Assembly (NCBI GenBank): GCA_047495785.1
Contig: JBLDXI010000042.1
Location: 930,001-994,000 of the forward strand
Reading direction: 5' to 3'
DNA: 64,000 bases
Source: Lepidodermella squamata
Taxonomy: Eukaryota > Animalia > Gastrotricha
The translations under genes and the position numbers were made by a program. This document shows positions 24,801 through 37,645 of the stretch, piece after piece (positions within the stretch are counted from its first letter, which is position 1; each line of letters begins with the position of its first letter). The notes below the pieces were generated by a model. The model saw only the letters and a program-made list of their open reading frames with translations, was not told the origin of the DNA and did no database searches.

Positions 24801-26230
24801 GAATGTTGAAAAAAAGGTATCCAAGAAGAAGAAATCCAAGTGGACCAGGATCCTCCCCAAAAGAATGACATCCTGGTATCTCAACAACAAAAAATAAAAG
24901 CCTATTGTAAATAGAGAGATTTAGAAAAATATATCCATCATGCGGGTATATTCTGAGGAATCTACCAAGGCTAACACTGGCTAACGTCGAACCAGAGACA
25001 CTGAATAGCGCTGAATTCAACGCTGACACTTCAATTTAAGCAGACAGCGTCAATTCAAGGTTCAAGGCGATTGATCAATGCCAGCCTTGATTTTCCGTCG
25101 TTAGGGGTGAAATGGGCAATTTGGCCGAAAATTGAGGTAATTACATTACTTTTGATAGCTCAAAGACGTTCGATTTCTAAACATTTGTGCCGCACAGTCA
25201 TGCAGTCAGACACATAGTCTTTGAGCTCAGGGTGCGAAGTATGGGGGTGCTGGGAGGTCGCGACACCCCAGCTCCGGGACTCAACAACAAGACAACAACA
25301 AGAAGACTGGAAAACCACAGGGGAGACCCTTTGGTTACTTTGGCTGGGTCCTGGGTCCTAGAAAATTGACTTAGTAGAACCAGTGAATCCACTATTTTCT
25401 GATTGGTCGGGTGGTTTGAAGTCTGAGATTGGTTGGTTTTCGAAGCACGTCACACGCACCACCTTTTTAATTTTTTTTCTGTGATTGCACTTCCCAGGAT
25501 GAGATCATAAATTATGATGGTGTGATTGCCATGGTTAACACTATGTCCAATCGTTGTCGCCCAAAGAGCAAAGCGTCTTGATCAGACGATTCCAGATTTG
25601 ACTCTTGGCAGCTTCGAAATCTTGTCGATCCATAATAACAGTAAGGGAACGCGAAATACGAAATTTAACGAAGACATCATCCTGTTGAAAGGCTTTATCG
25701 GAATTTTTTTTAGCAGGGAATTAGGTCAATAACGCGCTGTCAACAAGGAAATTCGACTTAGCGGCCACAAAGAAGGTCTTATCCACCAACCGCGATCCGA
25801 AATGAATTTTCGGAATTTTGTGAATGATTTGTGCCAATTTTATGAAGCCTTCAGTTTTGGATGGTTGTACAATGTTTTTTCAGGAATCGGTGACGTAGAT
25901 CCATTACGGACCATCCTCTCAAAAAAACTTGAAGCCTCTGGCAAGAGAGACAATCAATTCAGACCAAATAAGATGCAAAAATAGCATTTTTCAAAAATGA
26001 GAATTTTTAATAAAAATTGCGGACAGAATTTTTGTCACCAATATTTTCTCTCGCACCCAATTCAAATGAAAATTTGAGGAAAGTTTACCGCAGACTAGAT
26101 CTATCGACTGGTGAAAACCACTTTAAAACATTCCTCATGGTTGAAATGTTATTGAAAAAATGCGATGCAAAAAAAAATATTACGCATACTTTATAATCGA
26201 AGTATGTATTTAACTATTTAACCTCACATC

Positions 26231-26302
26231 TCTCTGATGGTCTGGTGGTTAGGATTCCGCGCTTTCACCCCGGGGGCCCGGGTTCGTTTCCCGGGCAGGG
26301 AA
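26231..26302 (+). tRNA. tRNA-Glu(TTC), probably a pseudogene
   Basis: Matches the metazoan tRNA-Glu pattern (GGTTAGGATTCCGCGCTTTCAC), but the T-loop GTTCGTTTC and the anticodon and acceptor stems are imperfect. Confidence 0.7.
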
Positions 26303-26486
26303 AGTGTTGCTCTAAAATTAGCGTTTTGCTATAATCTGCAAAGTGGGTCTCGAAAAATTTCGGTTAATCGAACTGTCAATATTCTGCTTCTACTTAACCT
26401 GGCTAAGATGACAATTTAGTCTCACAAAATGTAAGCTGCGCAAGCTGGAGATTCGGGCAGTCCGTCGTCTAAGGCAAAAAATATTC

Positions 26487-26546
26487 TGGAGGATACGGGC
26501 GTCGATCCCGTTACCTCTTGCATGCTAAGCGAGCGCTCTTGAGCCC
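26487..26546 (-). tRNA. tRNA-Ala(AGC) 5'-truncated pseudogene
   Basis: Reverse complement AGAGCGCTCGCTTAGCATGCAAGAGGTAACGGGATCGACGCCCGTATCCTCCA; the D-arm and 5' acceptor strand are lost. Confidence 0.65.
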
Positions 26547-26775
26547 CTTTTGAGCCCCTTTATGCCTGAATCATTATGTAACAAAGGTATTCTAAATTCT
26601 AAACAATAACGTAACACTAGCAGTAAATTTATAAAAACCTAGCGGCAACTGTGAGACTCGAACCCCCGACATTGCGATTAATTGGCTGGAAGCCAGAGTT
26701 TGATTCCCCGCCTGGAAGCCAGTTTTTTACACGATATTGAAGCTGAAATCTGTGATTTTGCCAGAAATGTACAGC

Positions 26776-26848
26776 CGCCAGATGCGGGGCTCGAAACCAC
26801 GACCCTGGGATTAAGAGTCCCATGCTCTACCGACTGAGCTAACCGGGA
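26776..26848 (-). tRNA. tRNA-Lys(CTT), with acceptor/T-stem mismatches
   Basis: Reverse complement TCCCGGTTAGCTCAGTCGGTAGAGCATGGGACTCTTAATCCCAGGGTCGTGGTTTCGAGCCCCGCATCTGGCG. Confidence 0.8.
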
Positions 26849-29800
26849 TGAGACTGAATACAGCGTCTGGCAGAAGTTTCGGATAATGTTTTCTCGAGAG
26901 TGCGCGAAGTAGCGGGGAGACTGGGAGTACGATACTCCCAGTTCGAGAATTCTCGGCATGAAAAACCGATGAATGGTTGAAAGTACCCCCAACTCGAGCA
27001 TCCTACTTCGAACACTGCTGGAGAACTGATGAATTAAAAATTAAAGCAGCAGCTACTCTGATATAGCAATAAACGGCTTGTCCATCTCATGGCGATTCTT
27101 CCGTGGAAAACAGCACCCTTCTGGGCTTCACCAATCCTAAGTTACGCCGTTTCAAAAAATTTCAATTTCCCTGGACAGCAAGTCGATAGGGGATGGGGGA
27201 TGGGTGGGATATGATCGCTCCCTTGAAAATAGGGCGCGGGAATTGTGTAACCCTTCGGAAATCCCATCCTGATTTCGCCAGCAATATGGCCCAATCGGGT
27301 CTAAAAAGTATATGTCAAATTTAAAATCTATAACTGGATTGTGAAAGCTCATCTCCAAAGCATTTCGCTAATTCCAGGATTGCCTTTAAAATTATTCTAA
27401 AGCTTTTGAGGTCCATATTTACCCGCTTTTACGACTACCCACTCCCAATTAGAAAAGGCTAGATGATAAACCCTTGAATTGGTGTATTTAATTATGAAAA
27501 CCTTTTGAACGTCCTCCGACCACTTGAGACAGTCAGCAGAAGAGCCAGAAATAATAAGAAAATATTAAAAAAATGTATTATAAAAAAATCAATAAAAAAC
27601 TGAGAAGCAACAACAAAAAAGCAACAACAAAAATTGCTATCCACTACTGCATTACCCACCACAGCCATACGACGCATCATAACCACTCGACCACTCAACA
27701 ATGGAGAATCATCATCCATTTATAAAGATAAAGCTGCTCAATGCGCCCCAAACCTGGGCGAATTGAGATCCATAAGGTTTCGTAATCAGGACCATTGGAA
27801 ACGTGTAAATATGCAATAAAATCAGGGGGTAATTTCTTTCACTGCCCAACTCGCCCGAAACGACGGTATATTTATAAATTAGAATTTCGAATATTGAACA
27901 TGTCAGTGCGGCTCTTAGCATTGTAACGCTTTCGTAAAGAAGTATTCTACTCAGGATTTTGTGATGATTACTGGAGAAGGCTTTTGATGAGAAAATGGAA
28001 TAGAAATGTTTTTACCATTACCTAGATGTTCGAGAAGAAGGCGTTCGATGCTTGATGCAAATTCGTTGAGCAAATGGCCAATATGACCAATGCACCAGCC
28101 AAGTGAAGAGCCTACTCTTCTCGCAACAATTCATTGATTGTTATGATTGTTATGCAAAGTTGATTTCGCGAAGAAACAACGAAATTGTAACTCTTTCTAG
28201 GTAGATACCTCTGGCGACTAAATATTTACTTCGCACCTGGTTGTATTGGTCGATTGTGACGGCTATGAAGCTGAGACGCCATTGTGCGCATCTATTTCTG
28301 TGGCAGCCTTTCTGCATCCATGAAATTGACTACAGATCGTTCAGTTGTCAGCGAGCCGCCAGCTTTGCTGCCAGTGATCAGGCTTTCTCTTATCATATCC
28401 TTTTGTAAATTCGTGTTTGGTTGAAATTACTAACAATCTTGGCCAATACAGCAAGAAAATCGTTCATCGCAAGCGCCTCCGGAATCCGTGATGGCATACT
28501 GGAAAAAGGTGAGCCTCCAATGCTTGGATTTGCCGAGTTGCTAGCTTATTAGCTTCGATAATTGTTGCTAATATATAATTTTGCCGAGAAATGAAATTCC
28601 GGCATCCGACCAGGGAGACTCTGCCGGTCCCTTGCATTACGTGAAATGTGAGAAGCTGTTACAGTGTTGCCTACGCCCTGCCAGGTCTATACAATGACAA
28701 CATTCCATTCTTTCCAGCTGAGTAATTTACAGGGTGGCATTTGCAGTAAAATAATGTAAAATATGCAGATTCCCAGAAAGATGCAAAATTATCATTGTGC
28801 CGGGCCGCTTCGAAAACAGCGCTGATGGAAGATGGGACCTTGAAGTCTATAAACGTCCTATAACCGCTACGTCTTCTCACAGTAGAACAAAATCCATAAA
28901 CTGTGAAAGGTAGTTATCATAAATAATATATAATAGTACGAAAATGTATCCGCTCTATTCGCGATAAAATGTGGCTATGTGAGCTATAATAACGCAAAGT
29001 GCAGACTCTGATAACGATGAAATTTACAGCTAGAAGTGGTTTTCCGGATCATTTTTGAAAAGCTGCCGTAAAACAGCCTTAAATGTGTCTGCTATCACCG
29101 GCAGTTTGAAGGTCATGTCTCGAAATTTTGGCAGCATACACACCTATTTTCGGTTTATTTGAGTGCAATAAAAGTCACGAAAACCCCCGCGACCCCTACA
29201 TTTTATTATTCTGCGATTGCGAGAAAATCAAAAGGTTAAAAATTTGCCGCAAAAGAGCCGGGATCAAGCGGGCCAAGCCATTATAGCCGTTGGATCCGGT
29301 TACATTCAGCGGAAAATCCGCCGGAGCCGAGAAACATCCCCGATTGCTTAGAGACTTGAGCCAGCCGCAACTCGCGCCCCCTCTTTCTCCGGAGCGGGCT
29401 CGGATAGCCAAATGCGCGATTGAATTTGAAAGACTAAACGGCTGGATTCGCGGTTCAAGAGATAGACTGTACGTTTGACAAATAGTGATGAGATCCATGG
29501 TGATGCGGACGGGCGTGATAAAAGCACTTCTAAATTGCAGCAATAAAGCAAACGAGTGATAAGCCTTCAGGCCGCTATACTGATAGCGCATGCTTGTGAT
29601 AGGCATGATAACATGCGAACTGAAAAGCTGCATATTTTTTACTGCTCATTTTTATAGGGTGAGTAAAAATCTGTCGCCCGAAATTAAACAAGTGCGTAGG
29701 CAGCGTTCACGCAGCGCCGCCCTGGAAAAACGCTAAGCCGCGCGCATGTTAAAATGCGCCGCCTTAAAATAAGTAATTTCGCCCACCTTAATGCGTCAGA

Positions 29801-30759
29801 TGATGATCCTTATCCCATCCTGAAACAATTTAGGATGGGATAAGGATATGTTGACCATATTTTAACTGCTTTACTTTAACTTTAGTACTTATATGTCGCG
29901 TAAGTTCCTACGTTGATCAATTGTTGATCAAATATTCAATTATAGTAGCAGGGCCGTTCATCGGTGCAACAACCAACCATCAACCATCAACCAATAACCA
30001 ATACCCTCAAACATTCCTCAAATTATAATTTAGCAATGTAGTATTGATTTAGCTAGCAGGGGGAACTTAATGGATAAAGCCTGTTGATGGATGAGAGGAA
30101 TTTGCTTTAAAATCAGGTTTTGGATAGGTTCTACATTAGTTAATGATTACCGGGCAGATTACTGCAAAATAGCAATCGGGCACCGCGTTGGCATTGATGT
30201 TATGATATGGCAAATGATGACGAGACTGGATTGCGCTGAAAGTTAAACCATAGCTACTAGCTACATCGCAGAATACGATGAGCCCGAGCAGTATCTGAAA
30301 TAACCTGCATAATGGTAGCATACAAACTCGCAGATATCAGTAGAAGTTCGGAAATAATCGCAATCGGGCATAAATGCCATCCCATTGCCCTTTTCATAAT
30401 ATCAAGCGAGGTTTATATACGGAGGAAAATACGGAGGCAACTTCGTAGTGAAGGCGTGTCTTGAAACACTACACCTACAATTCATGAAGCAACTGCCGAT
30501 ATTAAAATGAAGGTTGGTTAGTTCATGAGATTCAGTTTAGTTTCCGGGTATTTACGTAAATAATCGTTAATCACTTCATCAAAGTCGATTTTTTCGCTTC
30601 CGTGCGCGATTGAAATACAGGGTCAATAAAAAGTCTTGTCAAATGCGAAAAAGGATTCACCAAAAAATGAGCACGAGTTTTCTTCCTCGTTTTATTCACA
30701 AAATAAAGTAAAAAATTACACGAGAAAAAAAAATCCAGTTGTTTATTGTTTATTGTGCT

Positions 30760-30831
30760 CAGACGAACCGGGAATCGAACCCGGGCCGCCGCGGTGAAAG
30801 CGCGGAATCCTAACCACTAGACTATCAGGGA
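30760..30831 (-). tRNA. tRNA-Glu(TTC) with a non-pairing 3' acceptor strand (likely pseudogene)
   Basis: Reverse complement TCCCTGATAGTCTAGTGGTTAGGATTCCGCGCTTTCACCGCGGCGGCCCGGGTTCGATTCCCGGTTCGTCT. Confidence 0.75.
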
Positions 30832-30907
30832 GATATGAAATTAAATGCTTGGATTATGTGATAAATTTTTAATAGCTTGTTGAAATTCAAATGAAGAAAA
30901 AACGAGT

Positions 30908-30982
30908 GGGCCCGTTCGGGAATTGAACCCGTGACCTCTCGCACCCGAAGCGAGAATCATACCCCTAATAGACCAACGGGCC
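30908..30982 (-). tRNA. tRNA-Pro(CGG) with a 3-nt D-arm insertion
   Basis: Reverse complement GGCCCGTTGGTCTATTAGGGGTATGATTCTCGCTTCGGGTGCGAGAGGTCACGGGTTCAATTCCCGAACGGGCCC. Confidence 0.75.
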
Positions 30983-31051
30983 TGCTATAGAAAACCCTCG
31001 TGGGCTTCTAACATGGCAATTGGGATACACCAAAGACAGCGCAAAAAGGTA

Positions 31052-31124
31052 CGCCGAGACCCGGGATCGAACCAGGGACCTTTAGATCTTCAGTCTAACG
31101 CTCTCCCAACTGAGCTATCTCGGC
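31052..31124 (-). tRNA. tRNA-Phe(GAA), intact
   Basis: Reverse complement GCCGAGATAGCTCAGTTGGGAGAGCGTTAGACTGAAGATCTAAAGGTCCCTGGTTCGATCCCGGGTCTCGGCG. All stems pair and a T5 Pol III terminator follows. Confidence 0.93.
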
Positions 31125-31390
31125 TAGATGGCAGAAGGGTATTCACTTTCCGCTACATTACATATTTCAAAATCGCAGAAAAAATTAAATGGTGCGTGTC
31201 GCGTGCTCTTTGCGTGCTCAATCAACTCTCCCAAAACCCAAAACGCCCTCCCTTCATAAGGAAGGGCCTGCACCCCACCTTCCATATAACGGCCGACCGC
31301 AACATCGGCTCACAGCAGGTTCAGCCACTGGCGTATGTCGAAGAGACAGGAGTCGCTTCTGCGATTTTATAGCTTATAGCTGAATTTTGT

Positions 31391-31807
31391 CATGAGACGT
31401 ACCAGGACGCGGCGCCTCGATTTAGATGCCTGATTTTTGTGTTATTTTTTAATAAGGTCCAAAGGTCGTTGTGGCTAAAAATAACCTCATTAGCAGCGGT
31501 CGTTATTTTTCTTCTGCGACCAGCAAAAAATCTCATTCATGAAAATCACGTATTTACGCAAAGATCAGTTTTTTTCAGTGGCCTGAAGATCTAGATCTTA
31601 AAGAAAACGGCGGGGTCTCGAAAAGATCGGTTATTTTGTTTTCAATTATAATTTTTATTTTCGATGGCAAATTAATTTTATATTAAATAAAAAATTTGCC
31701 ATCGAAAGTAATTATTATGCACACTTGTGCTAAACACGTCACGTGATTTTTTACGCAAACCCGGATAACGGAAGCTTCGAAGCCGCTGCGTCCTGGTACG
31801 TCTCATG
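31391..31807. mobile_element. P-element-like MITE, copy 2
   Basis: Same CATGAGACGTACCAGGACG TIR with a different 8-bp TSD, AATTTTGT. Confidence 0.85.
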
Positions 31808-33490
31808 AATTTTGTAAGTCTAATGTCCATCTATACCTTACAAATTAGGACTTCGATCTAAATTTGTATACAGCGATATCTATACCGAAGTATTATCGGA
31901 GTCGTCCAATTGAATGTCTATTGATTTTGATGTCTACGAAAGGGACCCATAGAGCTTCTCTGGTATCTGGTATCTTGGACATCATTGGTGCACAAACAGA
32001 AAACGACACCTTTGCTTGATTGATTGTACAATAGTCAGCAGGTGTAAGCTATCGAAACTTGTTCGAAATTTCCTATTCCGTTGTGTATCGGGACAATCGT
32101 TTGATGCGCACCGTCCAATCTTGTACTTATACTTTTGATGGCTTTACCAGTCGTTTGCCTCGCTTTTGCAATATTAACTATGATTGAATAGAGTATAGCA
32201 AAGAGCATTAAGTGTGTTAATAGAGCAATAGAGTCTATTGCTCTATTAACACACATCGATTCCTGCAAAAGCGAACGTCGTAAACATGGATCTAAATCTG
32301 ATAAGAATGGTGCTTAATTCGCCGTTTTTTCACTGAAAAGCAGCTGTAATCTAAAAGCGGATCTCGCGTCCACCTAACGGAGCAATTGAAATGCTCAATG
32401 TATAACCGCAGAGCTAATGGCTTTCGATGATTTCGATGGCTAATGCTCGGGGCAAGCCTTTGGTACTAGCATATATAACGCGATCAAGGGTTCTCAAACG
32501 CGGGAGAGGAATAAAGGTGCCTCTATGCTCTATGACTTGTATAAGGCTTGAATAAGCGGAACAACGTTATCACTAGTAGCAATTATGTCGATCGAATGAC
32601 GAATAATTAATTACCCGATCCTATCAATTATGATCTATCGTGTGCTTTTTTTTTCTTTTAATGTTGTCCTAGTGACGTGACTGATAATAAGCCATTGCTA
32701 CGCGAGGTTAAATCTTCAAGGATATTAGCAATGATCTTTTGTAAGCCTCCTTCTCCGAGGAGGGAGGCCAAATTTTGCCCGTATTGACGGAAGCATGTTT
32801 TGGCCGGCACGTGTGCAGTGAAGCGTTATTATTTCGCCGAAAATCAATGCTAACCGTAGGCTTACGGGCAGGCCAGAGCGCGTATGGGTAGAATTTGGAC
32901 TCAGACCCTAACGGAACGACATCAAAAAGAGGTTGATAGTCATCATGGTTGTAGAGAAAATGGATTTCAAAGTTTACGTGCGAAAAATGCTTTTCTGAGT
33001 GTTTTACTGCATGAGCGATAAATCACCCACTCCATTGATTCTGATGTTTTTCTCAGGGCAATCTAAGGTGGGGAGTCTTGCTAGATAGTCAAACATTTTA
33101 ATGGAATCATGCGCGATTGTCTCTACGACAACCTGAATCTTGAATCTTGAATCGATAACACTTTGGAGGCAAATCTGAGGCTTTCCATGTTCTAAGAGGA
33201 CGGGAGCATGCTAGAGGTCCAAAATTCGGAAATTTAAAATCATCGAGAAGAACATCTTTAAATCCACGAATCTTCCTACAGGTGTGCACGCTTTTTGCGA
33301 TTTGCTAGAAAATACCGAAGATTCGCCAAACCCCCTTTTTCACTTGTTAACAGCCACTTGTTTTGATAAACTAACGGTGGCTAAAGAGGCGACAAAGATG
33401 GCACCTAACGGCAGTGTTAATTCTATCATAAAACACTTCTGTCACATACGAAATACGAATAAAAAAGCTTTCATCATTTTCTATGAAAAC

Positions 33491-36400
33491 ATGTTTTGCC
33501 TAACTCTCAACAATCCAGCTTGCAGCGAAAGGTTTGATTGAAAAACATCGAGTCGAAAATTAAATTGCTTGCAATTTTCAGCCCTGAAGTCGGCGGCAAA
33601 GCGAGAAATCTTGCAATAATCAAACCGATAACTGATTCATTGGGTTCTAGCATTACAGTTCCAGATGGATTCGTCGTCAAATCATCAGCATTTGAGTGTT
33701 TCTTGCAAGAAAATACAGAGATCAATCATAGAATCTCACAACTGGCCAATCGAAAGAATCACGAAACTCTTGAAAAATTGAGCAATGAAATAGAAAGTAT
33801 CATTTTGAAAGCTGAATTGAGCCCAGCGCTGGTCGAGGAAATTTTCACAAATTTGCATAATTTATTCGGCGAAAAATGGCGCGAATCTCCTACGGCAGTT
33901 CGGTCATCTGGAATCGGCGAGGATGGTTCCGATATATCAAGCGCTGGGCAATTGGAAACATTCCTAGGTGTCGAAGGAGTTGAAGTCCTTCAAGCAATTA
34001 AGAAATGCTGGGCTTCGAATTACTTCATTCGAGCTATACAATACCGTCGAAATTTCGGAGCAGCAATCATCAGTCCGATGGCTGTTGTTGTTCAAAAGCT
34101 GGTCAAGGCTGATATTGCTGGAGTTTTGTTCACGAGAGACCCAGAAAATGGCTCGACGGCTCGAATGGTTATCAACGCAGCTTGGGGAATGGGCGAAAAT
34201 ATTGTTTCAGGCTACGTCCAGCCTGATACGATAACTATCCAGAAGCTTAACCTCGAAGGTTCCAAATACAAAGTCATGTGTGAAAAACAAGTTGCTGGGG
34301 ATCTTGAAGCCAGCAACAAGCGGAAGGAATCGGATTGCTGTTTATCATCCGATATTATTGATCGTTTGTACAAACTTGGTACAAGAATCGAAAAGGTAAT
34401 TCAGGATTTTCAGGATAATTTGATTGATTTCTGTGATTGATTTCAAGATTCTTGGTGGCGGATGTGATGTCGAGTTTGCAATCGAATTAAGCCAACCAAC
34501 GCCTGTTATTTCGATTCTCCAAGCTCGGCCGATAACAACTGGAGATATGGAATCTGAGTGGGAGCTACAATATGAATTTGATAGCCCTCTTGCCAGCGAG
34601 AATGAGATCATTTCAACGGCGAATGTTCAAGAAATGTGCCCTGGGACTCTGCCACCGCTCAGTGCTGCTTGCCTCATGGAATTCGGGCTGGATGCTCTCG
34701 AAAGTTTCCAAAGCAAAATCTTTGTGAAACCAAGACGTCGGTTTGCGATACCAAGAGTAGCCTCCATTTTCCACCAACATCTTTTCATAAATTGGACGGT
34801 AAAATTGCAAAATTTAATTTTCAAAAATTCAGAATTTTTTCAGCTTTTTGGTAGCGGCCTTACCACTGATTACCAAAAAAGTGTAGCTGAAATGGCGGTA
34901 TTTGGCCGAAAGCGAGATGACATTAAACTGGAGGAATTTATCGAAACAAACGATATGACCAGCTTTTTCTGGCGATTTTGGGAATCGATTTGCTCCTGGA
35001 AGCTTCGGCTATTCCCTCCGAACAACGCCGAAGTCTTTGCTGAGGAGGTCGATAGCTTCGAATTTGGGACCACAAATGACCCTAAAAGACTCATTGAAAA
35101 CGCCAAGGAAGCTATGGCCCTTACGAAAAAGATGTGGGTGGAGCATATCAACCTGTCAGTCGCCGCTACTACATACCCTGTTATTATAATGACGATTTTA
35201 AACGACAAATTAGGTAACCATTTTTTACTAGAAGAATTGAGCGTAGATTTTGTGAATTTTAAGACTGGACGCCTCAGATTTATGAAGACCTCGCAACTTT
35301 GTTGAGCGATTGTGGAGACGTTTTTTCAGCCCAAGTTCCGACTATGCTGGCCCAGATTGCGGATTCTATCAATTCTGATAGCTTGGGTAAGCAAATCTTC
35401 GAGAAATCGAACACTGAATCCGCAAAATGGCTCATGTCGCCTGATTCTGGAGATTCGGGTACTTTGTTCAGAACGTTTCTCTCAAAACACGGCCATCGTT
35501 GCATTTCTGAGGTTAGGAAGTTATACACTTGAAAGATTTTTCTAGAAATTTTCTTTGAAGGTCGATATCCGCGAAAAATCTTGGAACGAAATGCCGGAGA
35601 AAGTTGTCGAAGCTCTAAAAATGATGACGGCTCAATCACGCGGGAAAGGTCATAAGAGATCCCCGGCATCTGATCCTAACCAAGCTATCGACCTGCTGAA
35701 AACTCCCGTTAATTTCGTCCAAAGGATGATATTGAGGTTTTTAGTCCCAATCGCTCGTAAAGCTGTCGGAAGGCGGGAATGGTCGAAAAGCTACGCCATC
35801 AAGGCGACAGATAAGCTGAGGCAAATCTACCGCCGTTTGTCTCAGGTTCTAACAGAAAGAGGCCACCTGCCCGATGAGGATCTGCTTTACTTCTTGGATC
35901 CTCGAGAAATAGAACAGCTTTTACTGGAACCTAGCCCTAAACTGGTGGCTAAAGCTATTCGAAGGCGTAAACTGAACTCAGCTTTCATCGAAATGAAGTT
36001 TTCGGAAATATACCGTGGGCATCCCTATCCGGTGAGTATAAGGCTATTGAAATATTGTGTAGTTTTGTAATTTTATTTTTAATACCTTTCGATAAATTCG
36101 AATGTTTAATGCTTAGGTGGATGAAAATTCGAAAAAATCGACCACTTATGGTGAAAGAATAGTCTTGAGCGGGATGAGCGTTGGAAAGGGCTACGTCACT
36201 GCAAAAGCCAGGGTTGTATCAAAATTGGAAGATGCATCTAAAATTGAAAATGGCGACATTCTGGTTGTTCATTGCACCGATGTTGGTTGGACGCCGTATT
36301 TTCCGTTAATTTCTGGACTGGTCACTGAAATCGGAGGAATGATATCTCACGGTTGGCTGAAACACCTATTTAATCCGCATCTAAGAGATATTTTTCAGGC

Positions 36401-36538
36401 GCTGTCGTTGCCCGAGAATTCGGTCTGCCGTGCATAGTGGGCTGTTCAAACGCTACTAACGCAATCTCGACTGGAGATTCAGTCACTATCGATGGAAAAT
36501 TGGGGCAAGTTGAGGTTGAGAAGGCCAATCTTGACTAG
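33491..36538 (+). CDS. PEP-utilising enzyme of the rifampicin phosphotransferase / PigC-like family (ATP-grasp, central domain, C-terminal phospho-His swivel), 8 exons, intact
   Basis: Exons ~33491-33531, 33582-34395, 34448-34798, 34844-35213, 35264-35511, 35561-36031, 36117-36351 and 36399-36538 splice in frame with GT-AG introns. Motifs: VGGKA, VPDGFVV, AVRSSGIGED..SSAGQLETFL, MAVVVQ, DVEFAI, LQARPIT, FLSKHGHRC, TDVGWTPYF, GGMISHGAVVAREFGLP (catalytic His). Further upstream exons cannot be excluded. Confidence 0.9.
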
Positions 36539-36655
36539 CAGTGGCATAAATCCTAAAGAAAAGGAACATTTCTTCGTAATTTTATTCGACTAAAAACTTG
36601 AGTAGATGCATTGTTTAAGCTGGATGTCATGCTTCAGATCAATTCGCTTAAGCTT

Positions 36656-37645
36656 TTAAGAAAATGAAAGGAGTATCAGGAAATAAAGCAACGTCCTTGC
36701 TGAATTGAATAGCTTTATACTCGTTGCTGAACTGTATATCAACATTGTAGTCGTATAAGCAATGTATGGTGGAGGAAGGACTGTAAAACAAAACGGCAAG
36801 TACCAGCAAACTTGAGAATTCTCTCAGAAATGTCTCCGGATCGACTTACCCCCGCACTTCCACACATCAGAAAAACAATTGAGACAGACGAACGGCATCG
36901 CACAAAATCGTCCAGCGTCGCATTACAAGGCGCTCCCTCGCCTACCAGCGGTTCTGAAATGGTAAGAGCTCATAGGATGAATGATCTTAGTTTTCCAGCT
37001 AACGTTTCACACATATTTTCGTTGTGGAGTAAAAGTCCGTCCTGTAGGTGACTTCCTTCGCATCCGAGCCACAAGCGCATCTCTGGTTGATGCACCTCAT
37101 ATTGAGCGCCTGTGGACAATCGCTTTCGTCTTTGCACGACTCGCCAACTTCACGAATTCGGCAATTTACGGCAAATTGGCTACGGACGACGTTGGTGTAA
37201 CCCGCGTTACAGGCGCATCTCCCGTCGACACATTCCAAATTGTAATCCTTTCGACACAGTGTTTCGCTGTCGCATGTCTCGTTGAAGAATCGAGAGCGGC
37301 ATTCGAAATTGCCATTCGCCTTATATCCCCTGGCGCATGAACAACGGTTCTGATGGCAGATCATGTTGTAGTAGCACTCGCTCGAGTTGAAGCACGCGCC
37401 GCCGTACTCAACGTGTTGACTTTCTGGCACGCAGTCCTTATTAGGACCAGGTTTTAAGCCTTTTAAGCCATTCTTGCATTGGCATTGCCATTGAATACAT
37501 GATGTATATTTGCTGACGCATCTTTCACTACGACCGCAAAAATAACCCGCGAGGACTGGCCTTACCGGCTCAAAGGCATCACGTTTATCCCTCACCAAGT
37601 AAGTGGAATAAAGTTTGTTCGCTTCGTAATTGAGCGAATCCAACT
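36656..37645 (-). pseudogene. EB-module Cys-rich gene A (exon 1 not found, exon 3 frameshifted)
   Basis: Exon 2 = ORF 36999-37643 (4 six-Cys modules, RDKR site). Exon 3 has a frameshifting deletion relative to its paralogs, and no signal exon was found upstream. Confidence 0.7.

Noticed and set aside
26641-26720. Two tRNA-like 3' half fragments in opposite orientations
   Set aside because: Too incomplete to assign an isotype or call as genes.
27490-28620. Thr-rich and exon-like fragments suggesting a decayed gene
   Set aside because: No consistent reading frame or diagnostic motif could be assembled by eye.
33491-36538. Calling the gene ppsA/PPDK or bacterial contamination
   Set aside because: The His domain is C-terminal and there is no PEP-binding barrel. 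Seven spliceosomal introns and co-duplication with flanking animal genes show it is integrated.
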